From Nemertoderma westbladi (Eukaryota; Animalia; Xenacoelomorpha): a DNA stretch of 50,779 nt. Both the position numbers and the translations under genes were made by a program. This document shows, in pieces, positions 12,421-24,464 of this stretch (positions within the stretch are counted from its first letter, which is position 1; each line of letters starts with the position of its first letter). A model generated the notes under the pieces. It worked only from the letters and a program-made list of their open reading frames with translations, made no database searches and was not told where the DNA came from. Location of the stretch: positions 1 to 50,779 of the forward strand of contig JAUCBJ010003498.1 in the NCBI GenBank assembly GCA_032718475.1, in the 5' to 3' direction.

Positions 12421-12655
12421 TCCCACCTTCTTGGTGTAGTGGTTCATATCTCTCCGGAGGTCGTGGTTTTGATCCCCGCATGGAGGCCGGCGAGAATGTT
12501 TTAAAGCCAGGGCGCAAATCTGTCTTGCAAACTTAAATGGAAGTTAAATGAGTACTAGAGTTTCCTCAGGGGGACCGCACTGGAAATAGTAATCATACGT
12601 TAACGTTGTGCGTATTCCCTGGCCTAACGGCTGAATAAGTACCTCTAGTAGTAAG
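12421..12655 (+). mobile_element. tRNA-derived SINE abutting the satellite
   Basis: A box TGGTGTAGTGG, degenerate B box GGTTTTGATCCC, central taaatgagtac motif, short tagtag tail. Confidence 0.6.
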
Positions 12656-13544
12656 TTTCGGCGCTGATTCCGTAAATGGCAAGATATTTCGAAATTTTTG
12701 TGTGTTTTATGATCATTTTTTGGTGTCAAATGTGGTGCTGCACCAAAATTACAAATTTTTCAATTTTGGGTGAAAATTACAAAAGTTTCCATAACTCGAG
12801 AATGAAACAACGTAAAGTGGAATAAGCGAAATATCGATAACAAATTCACTAAATTTAGTCTATGAAATAAGTTAGTAGAAAATTTAATTTCATACGAATA
12901 AAAAATGCACTTTACATTTATTTGAAAGGCTATTTATTACTCAGTACTGAATAACTGAATCGAAAAAATAATCTTCTTAACTGTTTCTCCTGTCACAACA
13001 TGTACCCCCAGGCAGCCTTTGCAACAATACGCCTCTCACCTGCTCCCTGCAAAAATACCGCAATACTGCAAATAAATTAATTTTAGTGAGCCATAAAATC
13101 TTTTATTATTGTGTTAGGGCGAATGAGTGGTTTCAAATTATTATGGTGTGATATTATGGTTTTGTTCAGAAATGGAAAAAATAATTTATTTTATCCATCC
13201 ATTTAATTTAATTCATTATTAGGCCCTATAACTTTTTGTTGGGCACAGCTTTAAATTTATATTTTAATATTGAATTATTTATTTTCAAATTAATTATTAA
13301 TTAAATTATTAATTTATTTTTTTGTATTTTTCATGTATGAAAGTGAGGTATGCGCGTTTTGTTGACCCCACTACTCCTAAAATATAATGATCTTTTATAA
13401 AGGCTGGACTTTGAATTTTAGTTCTTAGTTTCTTTCTGTGGGTCGGCGTCATGGCCTACTTTATAAGAGGCCATGACAATGCACGGGCAAATAGCTGACT
13501 TGGAGGCCACTTTGTTTATGGGTGTAAGTCGGAATATATGGTAG

Positions 13545-14901
13545 ATACAAACTTCTAACCTTTACCTACCCCCACTAAGTCGATGCTGAGGATCTCAAAT
13601 ATCATATTTAAAATTGTTTATCTCGAGACCCTGTTGCTATGGCAACATCTAATCAGTGGATACCGGTTGACCGGTATTTGTCTGTCTGTATAGCATGTAG
13701 CCTATATCTGTATATGCCTACTGGCCTAGTTTCTAGTGGGGCGGCCTACTTCATGTGTACTTCTGTATTCTGTTTTCTTCCAAATGTATAGCATATAGTA
13801 CTTATCCTTTATCGGTGTCCGTGACCACTTATGACTTAATACTCCTTGCTTAATACATGTTGTTGTTTGTGATACCGGTACCTCGTTTTATTATGTTTGA
13901 CAGTTGATGTGGTAGGCCTAGCCTATTAATTCGGTAATTCAGTAATTACCGTCTGAGATCTGACCGTGACCGACAGATTGAACAGTTGAAGCAGTAATCA
14001 TCGCCTCGGAGTCCTTACTTACCTGCATTCAGTATTTACATGCGGTTTTCTAGTTGCATTGCATGCGATGCCTAGAAAGTGCTGCGTTCCACTTTGTCGC
14101 TCCAACTATGCAAATGAATCACCGGTAACCGTTTATCGAGTTCCTAGTGACAAGCCGTACCATTCTCAATGGATGAGCGTTCTATTGAAAGTTATAACAG
14201 ATGTTTATCTAAACATTCAATCTTCTAATGGTAATGTTATTGCAATTCTTGGTGACAATATGTCTGTCAATCGAAGCTTTTTTGCTTTATTTGAAACTGA
14301 GGTAGGAAAGCCTTGGTTAACCACTCAGGGAACATTTCTTATTCACAAAGCTGTATACCCGAAACCTATTGAGAGACAAGACGTTTGTTTAATGCTTCGA
14401 GTATTTTGTGACGAAATTGTAACAGCTTTACGTACTCATACGAAATCAAACAAAACTGACAAAGACACGGCAGATTTCATAGAAGATTTTGTGAAGGCAT
14501 TCAATATATTAAATGTGAAGTCCAAGAACGAGGCTAGGCCTATACATTTAAATGATGAATGGCGGAGTCCCATATCAGATCCTGGTGATAAACGGTTGGA
14601 TATACTGCTCGATATAGCTTCTAATGTTGAGAAAATGAGGTGTGTAAATGGTAAAACTCGCTATCAGACATTTACAACAGATACAGCTAGCGCCATTGTG
14701 CATACGTTAACGTTTCGTGGTTTTGTAGATTTGGTGAAATCGTTACGCGATTACGACTCACATAAATTGGTACTGGTAATTGGTATCCACTGATTAGATG
14801 TTGCCATAGCAGCAGGGCCTCGAGATAAACAATTTTAAATATGATATTTGAGATCCTCAGCATCGACTTAGTGGGGGTAGGTAAAGGTTAGAAGTTTGTA
14901 T
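13545..14901 (+). mobile_element. Internally deleted P-superfamily (THAP/Galileo-like) DNA transposon with long inverted repeats
   Basis: 120-bp inverted repeats at 13545..13664 and 14782..14901 (2 mismatches seen) enclose a THAP-transposase remnant. The true left end may extend to CATGGCCTAC at ~13450. Confidence 0.85.
14068..14793 (+). pseudogene. THAP / P-element transposase with in-frame internal deletions
   Basis: MPRKCCVPLC...P...W (first half of THAP), ILGDNMSVN (catalytic Asp region), PIERQDV...VF, TADFI...FNILN. Confidence 0.8.
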
Positions 14902-14902
14902 T

Positions 14903-15270
14903 AAAATCATATAAATCCACTTTTCTTAGTCGTGGAAAAATCTTATAAAACTACTTTTATTTACCGTGCAAGTTTTAATAAACATATAAAACCACTTTTC
15001 CAGGTCTATTAAATATCATATAAAACCATTTTTCCAGGTCTATTAAATATCATATAAAGCCATTTTTCCAGGTCTATTAAATATCATATAAAACCATTTT
15101 TCCAGGTCTGTTAAATATTAATTACTACAGTAATATAAAACCACTTCTCTCAAGTCGAGTAAAAATCATATAAAACCATAAATCATTTTAATCATATTAT
15201 TATCATATATTAAATCTGCACACATCATTAGTGGTTTTTATATGATTTTATGACTAAGAAAATTGGTTTT
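14903..15270. repeat. 34-bp tandem repeat (4 copies) within a short element with inverted subterminal motifs
   Basis: Unit atataaaaccatttttccaggtctattaaatatc, period 34; reverse-complement motifs at 15231..15270. Confidence 0.75.
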
Positions 15271-15668
15271 ATTGGGCCTGATTCAGCCACCGCAGCTTAT
15301 GTTTTCTCCATAAATTTATTGTCATCTTAACTTTTTTAATGCATCGTGTAAAATTTATTTTTTCTATTTTGGTAGTATCAGATGATATTAAAACACCGAG
15401 GACATTGAAGGGTTAATCCGGCTCTAACCATTTTAATTTACGATGGGGGCATAGTTTTACTCTAGAATTCTTTGTTTTGCCGATACGGATAACTTCGGTT
15501 TTGGATTCATTTAGTTCGAGGCCTAAGACCAGAGAAAATTGTTATAATAAAACTAGTAGGAATTCTAGAACATCAGCGTAATCAATTATAAAAAACTTTG
15601 TATCATCGGCGTACTGTGATACTTTATTTACCAGATCGAATTGTTATTTCCAGGTCTATTTTTTTACC

Positions 15669-15745
15669 TGGCCGCTAGCTGAATGGTTAGAGCGTCAAAC
15701 TTCCAACCCGGAGGTCACCAGTTCGATCCCATCTGGATGTCATAG
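15669..15745 (+). mobile_element. tRNA-derived SINE head
   Basis: A box TAGCTGAATGG, B box AGTTCGATCCC. Confidence 0.55.
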
Positions 15746-16278
15746 CCGACTTTGCAAAAGCAGTGCCAACAAAAAGTTATAATATAATCTGTTGCAATTT
15801 TAGCACAGAAAATACTGAGATGGGTACAAGAAAGGGACGAAAGAGATGTTTTGGCGTTTGCTCTGTTAGATTGCCCATTAAACTTTAGGAAAAGTCACGA
15901 AATCTCTGCTTTTCCAACGACCCTGACTCAAAGATACAGATGTATTACAAAGAAATTTCAAAAATGCACCCCCCCAGGGCAAGCTACTACAGAATTACTT
16001 AAGCTGCTACAGAATTACTTATACTGTCGCACTGCACACCGGTAAATGTACCGGTTGCGCGGTAGCTGTAATGTGGGAATGTAGGTTTATAGCATGGATA
16101 TTAATTAATATTGGATAGCAGATTATTCGTACCGGTATTATAAATATCCCTCTCTATTAGAAGTAGATCAATATTAATATTTGTAAATTGTAATATTGTA
16201 AATAATATTTTATTATTAATCAATTATAATTTATTATAATCATCTGATTAGTTTGTGTTGTTATTTTATTATTTGCAG

Positions 16279-18548
16279 AAAATAAACTTTATTTCGATCT
16301 CAGCAACTCAATGAATAGAACAAGAGATGAAACAGATGAAACCTTATCGATAAAGTTACTGAAGGATTACGAGACCCGGTTGACGCATGGAATTCAGTTA
16401 TCTGCTGATGGAAAAACGATTCTAGTTTACGTCAATAATAAGTTAATGATTTGCGATGCTGCCAGTGGGAAGAAGATTATTACAGAAGATAAAATTAATA
16501 TCAAACCATCGCTATATCTATATGATGCAAAATTATCGGCTGATGGAAGAAGAATATGTTATCGAACTTTAGATGGTTTTATTCATATTCGGGATTCTAC
16601 TGATGGAGAATTAATATTCGATCATTTTGATTCCCATTCGGTAATAAAGGAGGAAGATTTAATCAATAAAACATCACCGATACTCACAAACAGTATAAAC
16701 TTCCATCCTAAGGATTCAAATATATTCTGTTTCTCGTCCCACAACGGGACTATCAGTTGTATCAATACGGAGGTCACCGACTCCACTATAACTTGGGAGG
16801 CCCACTCCCCTTCCCAGATAGGAGTTTCATTCTCACCAACAGCTAAACATCTAATAACCTACTCCACTCACCCAACTCCAACTCCGGGAGTTAAACTTTG
16901 GGATTTTATTAATTTATCTTCAATACAAAAGCCAATTAAAGTCTTTGAGTTCAGTAAATTTGGTATAGAATGTCTAGATTGGGTTGCGGACGATATAATA
17001 ATTATAGGTTATAACGTTAATGTTGGGTTTTGGGGGTTCCGTGTAGATTGTTGGAACTTATTGGATGGGAAGCCGATATGGGGGAGGAGATTTACCAACA
17101 AGTTATACAACATTCATCTCCAAGGAATTAAATACCTCGGAGCGGTGGATCGCGTTCTTATAATAACCGGATATACATCGGGGCGATCGGGTGCGGAACT
17201 ACTGGATGGTAAAACCGGAGAACTAACCCACCGAATGGTAACCGGTACAATCGGACCGGTTAAGTTGACATCCAGCCGCGTGGATGTAACTCAGTCTGGT
17301 AAGTTTATGTGTTACTGTAACATTGGGGCCGATACTGTAACACTAAACATTAACAGCGTCGGTACAGAATCGTCCAGCGGTGGTAAACTAACTGGATACG
17401 GCGGGGTTCGAGTTCTAGATACGGAACCGATTACCATAGCAGCGAGTACGCGGGACTCCCTCCATATAATGGATATGGAAGGGAATATTAAACTAAATAA
17501 AGAGGTAGAGAGTCCGATATGGTCGTTAACTGGAATAGAAAACCAACCGGTTTTCGCTTACGGGTGTGTCAACGGAATTATTTGTGTTTATTATGGAAAT
17601 AAATTTATTAATTTACCAACAACATCTAGTGAACGTGTAGAGAAATTAGTTTTTGTTGCTCCATCGAACTATTTAGTTAGTAAAGCGGCTGATAAACTCA
17701 GTGTGTGGAGTTATAAAGAGTCGGCTGAGTTACTCCGAGAATATTATCGATATGGAAGATTATCGATATGGGAATTATATCGTTGCTTGGTAGGGAAACC
17801 GGGGCACTTAATTAGAGAATTACAACCCAATCCGGGGTCTAAGATTAGGTGGTTAGTAGCATTAAACTGTAACAATACAGTAGCAACTCTAGATGAGAGC
17901 GGTAAATTAATTCTTACCGATATATTAACTGGGAAACATTCGGTTGTTGGTGAATTCCCAAAGGGTTGTGGGTTGGTAGTTTTACCTGATTCTAGAATTA
18001 TTCTTGTATCTGGGTTAAGTAACAATAAGTTACTCAGTTGGTTAGTAAAAGTAACTGACGACGGATTCCCAGTTACTGAGTTAGAAAGTTTCAGTTTAAC
18101 CACATTCGCTTTCTCTCCCAACAGCTCCTACATAGCCGTAGTAAAGGGTTCAGTTGTATTAGTTTATTCTAAAGACGGAATTCAGTTTCCTATAAATAAT
18201 GAAAGTTTAAATATAAAGGAATTAGATTGGATTAGCGAAGCGACTAATTGGGTTAATAAACTCTCTATTATCACTAAGTTTAATTACAAACCTACGGCTG
18301 TAATAAACACTGTAGAGGGGGTCGGAAAGGTGGACTTTGTAAACAAAGATTGTGATACGATTATTATTAGAGGCGATTTAAATATTTCGATATTTTCAGT
18401 TAAAGGTGAATTTTTACAAAGAATTCCTATAAGAATTGTTCCTACTTCTTCTACTATCAGCTGTTCTTTAAACTCATTGATGTTTGTAGTTGTTGGTGAG
18501 GATCTCAATATTTATATGTTTAAACAATTAAATAGGTTAATTCAATAA
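16279..18548 (+). CDS. APAF1-like: Exon 2 of caspase-NB-ARC-WD40 fusion gene: divergent WD40/beta-propeller sensor region (~755 aa)
   Basis: Uninterrupted 2.27-kb ORF with WD40-type blades (LSADGKTI, LSADGRRI...HIRD, FHPKD, WEAH...VSFSP...VKLWD, VDCWN, LSVWS, FAFSPNSSYIA); in frame with the acceptor at 16278; stop TAA at 18546..18548. Confidence 0.88.
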
Positions 18549-18682
18549 TTATTATGTTATTATTATACCTATTGACATTTAATACTAAATTTTTCGCGGG
18601 AAGATATTAACTTCCAATGTAAATTACTTGGAATAACTATTTATCATTGTATCAAAATGCAAATTCAAACAGCTCAACTCGC

Positions 18683-18688
18683 AATAAA
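18683..18688 (+). terminator. Candidate polyadenylation signal
   Basis: First AATAAA noticed after the stop, ~135 nt downstream; the AT-rich context makes a chance match plausible. Confidence 0.3.
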
Positions 18689-18823
18689 TTATTTTTTTAA
18701 CAAATATTAACAATTAAGTGAATACAGGTGGTTTAATTATTATTTTAAATACATTCAATTACATATAAATATATTAATTTGTTATAATAATTTAATATTT
18801 TAATACCAATAACTAGACTTTAA

Positions 18824-19358
18824 GACCCGGTTTAGCGACGCGCTTTGCTTTGGCTTTCAAAGCACTTTCAGCGCATTTTAGATCTTTAACGACAACGCAT
18901 TTCAAATGCGTTGAGAGTGCGTTCAAAGTGCTCTGAAAACCCAGAGTTGAGAAATGTTTAACTTTCCGCTCTAAATCGTTCCATTTTATCAGTACGGCTA
19001 TTTTATACTTTTCATACTTTTCTCATTAATTCCCTAGTATAAAATATATTTCCTAGCGATTAATTAATACTGGTAGTTTATTGTAGTTGTATTGTTAATA
19101 GTTTATTGTTATTGATCTTTCGCTTTTCTCAAACATTGTCGCAGCTGTTTAAATATTTCTGCAACCACATTTACACAAAGCGTTGTTGCTAAAGCGATAA
19201 CGCTTCGCTCTGCAGTTTCGCTTTTACGATGCTTTTAATGCTCTCAACGCACTAAGAACTCGTTTTTCAAGTTGTCCCAGCGCGTTAAGAGTTCTCTCAA
19301 AGTGTTCTGAAAGTGCGTGGAAAGTACATGGAAAGCAAGCGTGTCGATAAACCAGGCC
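18824..19358. mobile_element. PIF/Harbinger-type MITE
   Basis: Imperfect TIRs GACCCGGTTTAGCGACGCGCTT / AAGCGTGTCGATAAACCAGGCC, flanked by TAA on both sides. Confidence 0.75.
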
Positions 19359-19959
19359 TAAATGGGTACATAAACAAACACTCAACAGGTTAGGGAAAGT
19401 TTCTTAAGAATCCTGTAAATTAATTAGGATAATTTTCTTTAGATATTTATTCATTTAAATTGCAGATAATTAACATTTTATTTTCTTTGCAAACTCAGAG
19501 CGGTTTATATTTAAATAATGAACATTTATATATTCCTTTAGCAGAGTAAACTGCTCTTTCCCAGTTTCGATTTTTAATAATTATTATTTAATTGGTAGTG
19601 CTGTTATTGATAATTTAATATTTGTAAAATTTGGTATGTATTGTGTTTTTCGTTTTTATAATAATTATTAAATATTTTCAAAATTAATTGTAGCCTTAGA
19701 CTAAGGTCGACGTTATTAGATAATTAATTTTACATTGAACGTCATTTGCGACAATTCAATATACAATATTTAAATCCAGAATTAGTTGTCCTACATTTTG
19801 TATTTTAGTATAATTTTTTTACACAACTGCGCAGATCCGAAGTTATGAATCAATGAGATAAAATTATTGGGAAGAAATCTAATTTTGAGTTCGGCGGATA
19901 AAATATATAAAGTTATCTAAAAGCTATTAGCCGTGAACGTGAGTGAAACTTACTGGAGG

Positions 19960-20195
19960 CAACCTGAAGTCTCATCAATCTTGGCTGTTATCTGTAAGGC
20001 AGAGAGGGCACCACACTTACTCACAATGTTGAATACTCATCACTAGCCAACCTCTTTCTTTACTCCCCCCAGATTCCAGGTTCCCATATCGCTGTACTGA
20101 CGTACCAGTTACGAAATTGAAACTGATTCAGCCCGGGTTCGAACTCGGGATCTCTAATATAGAGGATAATAGAGTAACTCCTCCACTAACTAGAC
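19960..20195 (-). mobile_element. tRNA-derived SINE, minus-strand copy
   Basis: Reverse complement has B box GAGTTCGAACCC and aligns with 20452..20685 (caatttcgtaactgg, cagcgata.ggga, gagtattcaac, gtgtgg). Confidence 0.75.
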
Positions 20196-20451
20196 AGATT
20201 CTAGATATGGAGTTAAATGGAGCAATATTGTTGTGTGTGTGATTATCTGGCGGCGATGTGCTGCCTACGGCAAGTATTGAATCAATTACGGTTGGGGTTA
20301 TTTAATACCTGGCGGCAACATACTCCACGGCAAGTATTGTAATATTATATATAGAGTATGTAGTCGGGGTAATATGTATCGAAGTTGGATTTTATACGGG
20401 AGTATAAGATTGATAAATATGGTATCCAAATATTCATCTCGTAACCCCTTC

Positions 20452-20685
20452 ACCATGGCGACCAATGAATGAGTCACACCTTTGATCTCCAGCTGGGAGG
20501 TCCCGTGTTCGATTCCGGGTCAGGTCAGTTACAATTTCGTAACTGGAAAGTCGAAGCAGCGATAAGGGAGCATGGGATCCGTGGGGACTGAAGAATGGGG
20601 TTGGATGGTGAGAGTATTCAACTTTGGGAGTTAGTGTGGCGACCTCTCTAACTGTCAGGTAACTGCCAAGAGAGAGAAGTCTCCA
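20452..20685 (+). mobile_element. tRNA-derived SINE, plus-strand copy of the same family
   Basis: B box GTGTTCGATTCC; body homologous to the inverted copy ~260 bp upstream. Confidence 0.75.
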
Positions 20686-21439
20686 ATAATTCGTTTTTTT
20701 CGTCCATTGTTTTTCTTAAAATTGCCAGTTATTGAGTAACGTCGATTTGCCTGGTGAATTAATTAACTAATTTTAGTCGGAATAAAAATTAATAATATTG
20801 TTCCAAAAATGGGTTCGTTTCATAAACCAATAAATAATATTGTGGTATAACTATAAATAACAATTCGGTTTTAGGTTCAGCGCTGTTGGATCTCAGTTAA
20901 TTTACAATAATTTAATGTTATATTTTGTTTATGTTTGTTTGTTAATGTATGTGATATATTTGATTAAAGTTTAATCTAAAGAATTAAATGGTTTATTTAG
21001 TTTTATTTATACGAAGGTAAATTATACGAAATAATTGTCACGGTGGTTACCATAGAATAATATATTTTTAGCCTTTTCGGTAAAACAGCATCTGTAATAA
21101 GAAGAGATATCGTTGATAGGTTGTTTAGATTCTCAACTCAATTTCTACAATTTTAATATTATATGACTCATTCATGCCGTCAAAAATTCAGACATACCAG
21201 ATTTTAGCAGGTTGAGATTTTGCAGGTTGGCGAATTTATTTCAGATGTCATTTATTGTGCCAGAATGTCTAAAGGGTCGCAGCTTTAGCTGTGGAAATAT
21301 TTCACTATTAGGTAGCTATTTGTATTTTAGTACTACGTAAAAACTTTTAAAATCCGATGTATTTTGCCTTGCTTTCACAGTTTCGTTATAAATTCATATA
21401 TTACCCATATTTAGTACATTTTGGCACAAGTTTACTACC

Positions 21440-23900
21440 TGGTCCAGTGGCCCGGTAGGTTAGCGCGCAGGTCGTACCGGTATATGTTATAGTTCGAGAG
21501 TTCGAATTTAGTTCAGTAGATTTTACATTTTTTGAGCATCTTTATTTCTGTTTCGTTAAGAATAGATAAGCCAATGCAGTGCGTAGAATACATGAACTGA
21601 TTAGTTGGGCCAATCATAAGGTGCTTAATAATTTATTGGTCCAATGTGAGCCCATGGAATGTGGTAGAATGTTCCAGTGCGATTCCATGCTTAGGATTTC
21701 CTATATAAGGTGCCGTTTGCCCTTCGGTTATGACTACCTAACTAACATACTATAGTTAAACTTGTCATTCCTAACTATTTGTTATCTAATTGCTTTTATG
21801 TCAAGTTTAGTGTAAATTTCATCAAATCATTTGGTTACTTACGTTAAAATATACTGCAAACTCAGAACACGTTCGTGGGGCCTTCGCGCAGGACGAGGCC
21901 CAGTTATGAGATACAAATTGAAATTGAGCGACTGTATCACAAAATCAGTATTTGAGAAATTTAACCACACCGACAATCAATCAAAGAAAGGGGGACAGTA
22001 CGTGTTCAGCCCTTTTACTCCTACCAACCAATACATAACCGCGACATCTACCACCCAAGGGGCGGAAGGGTAGCACAAACTTATTTCCAATCACACGTTC
22101 AATATGCAAAGCAATGTGGTTTATAGGAAATATCGAGAATTCGAGAAAATCGAGAATATGAGAAACTTGATCGAAATACCTGCTCATCCCAGTATCCGTC
22201 CGTAGTCACCGGACAGCTGCGGTTTATTCCCGTAGAACAGTAGAATTCCCGCAGCTTCCAACCCAATTCGACAACGAATTCGCCTCACACTTTCGCGTGG
22301 CAGAGAACGTAATCCTGTACGATCACGTCTGCCCGACTTTCAACAATTTCCCCCAGGCTATCCCAGGATCCGGCTGTCCGGGCCGCCGCTAAACCCAAAT
22401 CGCAATCCTCGTCGATTCGTCCAGTCGTCGACGTAAGTCGGACTCTTCCCACCGCACTCCAAGGTGGGTGGCCTGAGTGAGGCATGAGGAACTCGGCGGT
22501 GGCCCGCATAACGATCCGACCGACCGCCGCATTTCCAGTGTAGTAAATAGAATCTTACTGACAAGCAAGCAATTCCGTAGTATTTATTCCTCAGTTAATC
22601 GCATCTTGATGCCACTCGGCTGCTCGGGTCCAGATACACTGGACTGTCGGAAGCTGTTTAGATGAAGAAGTTGTTTAGATGGCCTTGCCAACGACCAACG
22701 ACCTGAAGACGGTACCGGTAACTCTGTACCACTGTAACAGTTAACAGTACCGGTACCGTACTGTAATCCTGTAGTCTCCTAGCAACCAGCTGATGCCAAG
22801 CCTAATAATTTTTGGGTAGATTAATTTTTTATAACTGTAAGACAGTTACACAGATGCTGCACGAAGACCCCACGCAAATTCAACTTGGAAAATTTCTAAA
22901 CTTTGGCCAGATTACATGTGTACCAAGTTTGGTTAAATTTCATTAACATTTGGCTGAGTTATTAACGTTTAAAATTGGATACAACAGAACGACAGAACAA
23001 CAGATCGACAGAGACAGATCAACAGAGCAACAGACACACCGATTGAGTTAGTGGTACCTGTATGCTAAGCTCGCTTACTTTCGTCGCTCGCCCCACATGT
23101 AGCTTTTAGCGTATCTATCTTGAACAGCCGGCGTGCTAAATCTGCCTAAATCTTTAGGCCACAGCAACGCAAGGGGGAGGAATGCCCACACCGCATAAGG
23201 GAACCCGCACCATTTGCCCATGCCCATTTGAAACTAAGACTTTGCTTGACGCCCTTGCCTGTAGATCAGAGGGAGGTGTGACACTGTCCTGGGACGCCAC
23301 AAAGTGTAGGAGCAAAATACATCAGATTAGGACAGAAACCCCTCGGTCAACCTGTACCTCTTACAGATGCGAGCCGATGCTGTTTGTTAGTACGTGCAAG
23401 TACGCTAGGTGCAAATAGCACGCTCTATAATTTGGTGACTTTGCCGTACTAGCGGTACAGTACCGGTTAGCACTGTAGGCCTTGCAGTTTGACTGATCTG
23501 TCTGAGTCCAACGTATTTTCTCAGACAAGGGGGCAGCCTTCTGCTACCAGCACGCATTTAGGCTAAAGGGCGGTTTACTAACATTCTACAACGCCCTTGC
23601 CACGTACTGATAGGTATTTGCTGTATACCACTGCAGCAACAAAGTTCTAGAATGAAACACATACCAGATCAGCTAGACGTATGGTAGTAAATTAACACCC
23701 TATTCTCTATTTTCACAATCAGTGTCTGGTATCAGTGCCTGTGCCAATCACGGGCGTAGTTATTAACACCGTAATTGCCCGGTTGAGTTGTGAATGAAGG
23801 AGGAGAGAGCCCTTTTGACGTCAGTTTGTAAGTATTGCGCCTACAGCGTGCGACTAGCTTATTCGAGTAGCTAGCGCCCGGTATTGTTATTTTGATTAAA
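21440..23900 (+). other. Unclassified element, copy 1: tRNA-like head, 3x CCAAT, TATA and a GC-richer non-coding body
   Basis: B box GAGTTCGAAT ~21498; CCAAT at 21571, 21610, 21641; TATATAA at 21702; body shares ordered motifs with 27735..29100. Ends uncertain. Confidence 0.55.
22860..23100 (+). mobile_element. Short non-autonomous Helitron/Helentron-like element
   Basis: accaagtttgg motif, ACAG-rich microsatellite-like tract, end gccccacatgt; related copy at 33977..34130 on the minus strand. Superfamily call is tentative. Confidence 0.45.
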
Positions 23901-23950
23901 ATCACCAAAACCTAGTATAACAGCGATATACCAAAATTGTTTTATTCGTA

Positions 23951-23986
23951 ACACACACACACACACACATACACACACACACACAC
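23951..23986. repeat. (AC)n microsatellite
   Basis: Directly visible, one interruption. Confidence 0.95.
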
Positions 23987-24142
23987 GTATACCGGCAAAC
24001 CACTCGAAACGCTAACGTGCTCTTTTTCGTCCAAAGTGCTAACTGTTCCAGACGCATGCAAATCAACTATACACCTAACTAACAAATTCTCTGGAAGGTC
24101 GCTAGAGTACAAGGGTGGTAAAGACTACACATATACCATAGC

Positions 24143-24352
24143 CCTAACTGCATTGTCTATTAATGTTGTGCTAACTGCAAACCTGAACAGTATTACTATA
24201 CACCTAACTGCAAGGTCTAATTAATGTTGTGCTAACTGCAAACCCGAACAGTATTATTATACACCTAACTGCATGGTCAAATTAATGTTGTGCTAATTGC
24301 AAACCCGAACAGTATTACTATACACCTGACTGCATGGTTTATTCATGTTGTA
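24143..24352. repeat. 60-61-bp tandem repeat, ~3.5 copies
   Basis: cct(a/g)actgca...atgttg units start at 24143, 24203, 24264, 24325. Confidence 0.9.
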
Positions 24353-24464
24353 GGCCTACTAACTAAGTGTTTAAACAGGATCAAACATTTCAGCATTTCT
24401 GTAATTCGTCTCGTGATCCTTATTTTGGCATTCGGCCAATTCGGCATTCGTGGGACCAGGGATA

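Larger units (their letters stand above)
7226..16278 (+). other. 9053-bp phase-1 GT-AG intron of the caspase-Apaf-1-like gene
   Basis: Consensus donor GTAAGT; T-rich acceptor ttattttattatttgcag. Splicing gives an open junction ...AVQELCND-E-NKLYFDLSNS-MNR..., in frame with the 16311 ORF and resembling Apaf-1 AKQEVDNGMLYLEWIN. Confidence 0.88.

Noticed and set aside
17744-18508. Antisense ORFs within exon 2 (and similar ones within the LINE and Gypsy ORFs)
   Set aside because: Shadow frames of real coding sequence with no independent features.
16311-18548. Stand-alone WD40 gene starting at ATG 16311
   Set aside because: The frame is open back to a good acceptor at 16278 whose phase matches the 7225 donor, and the junction peptide continues the Apaf-1 similarity.
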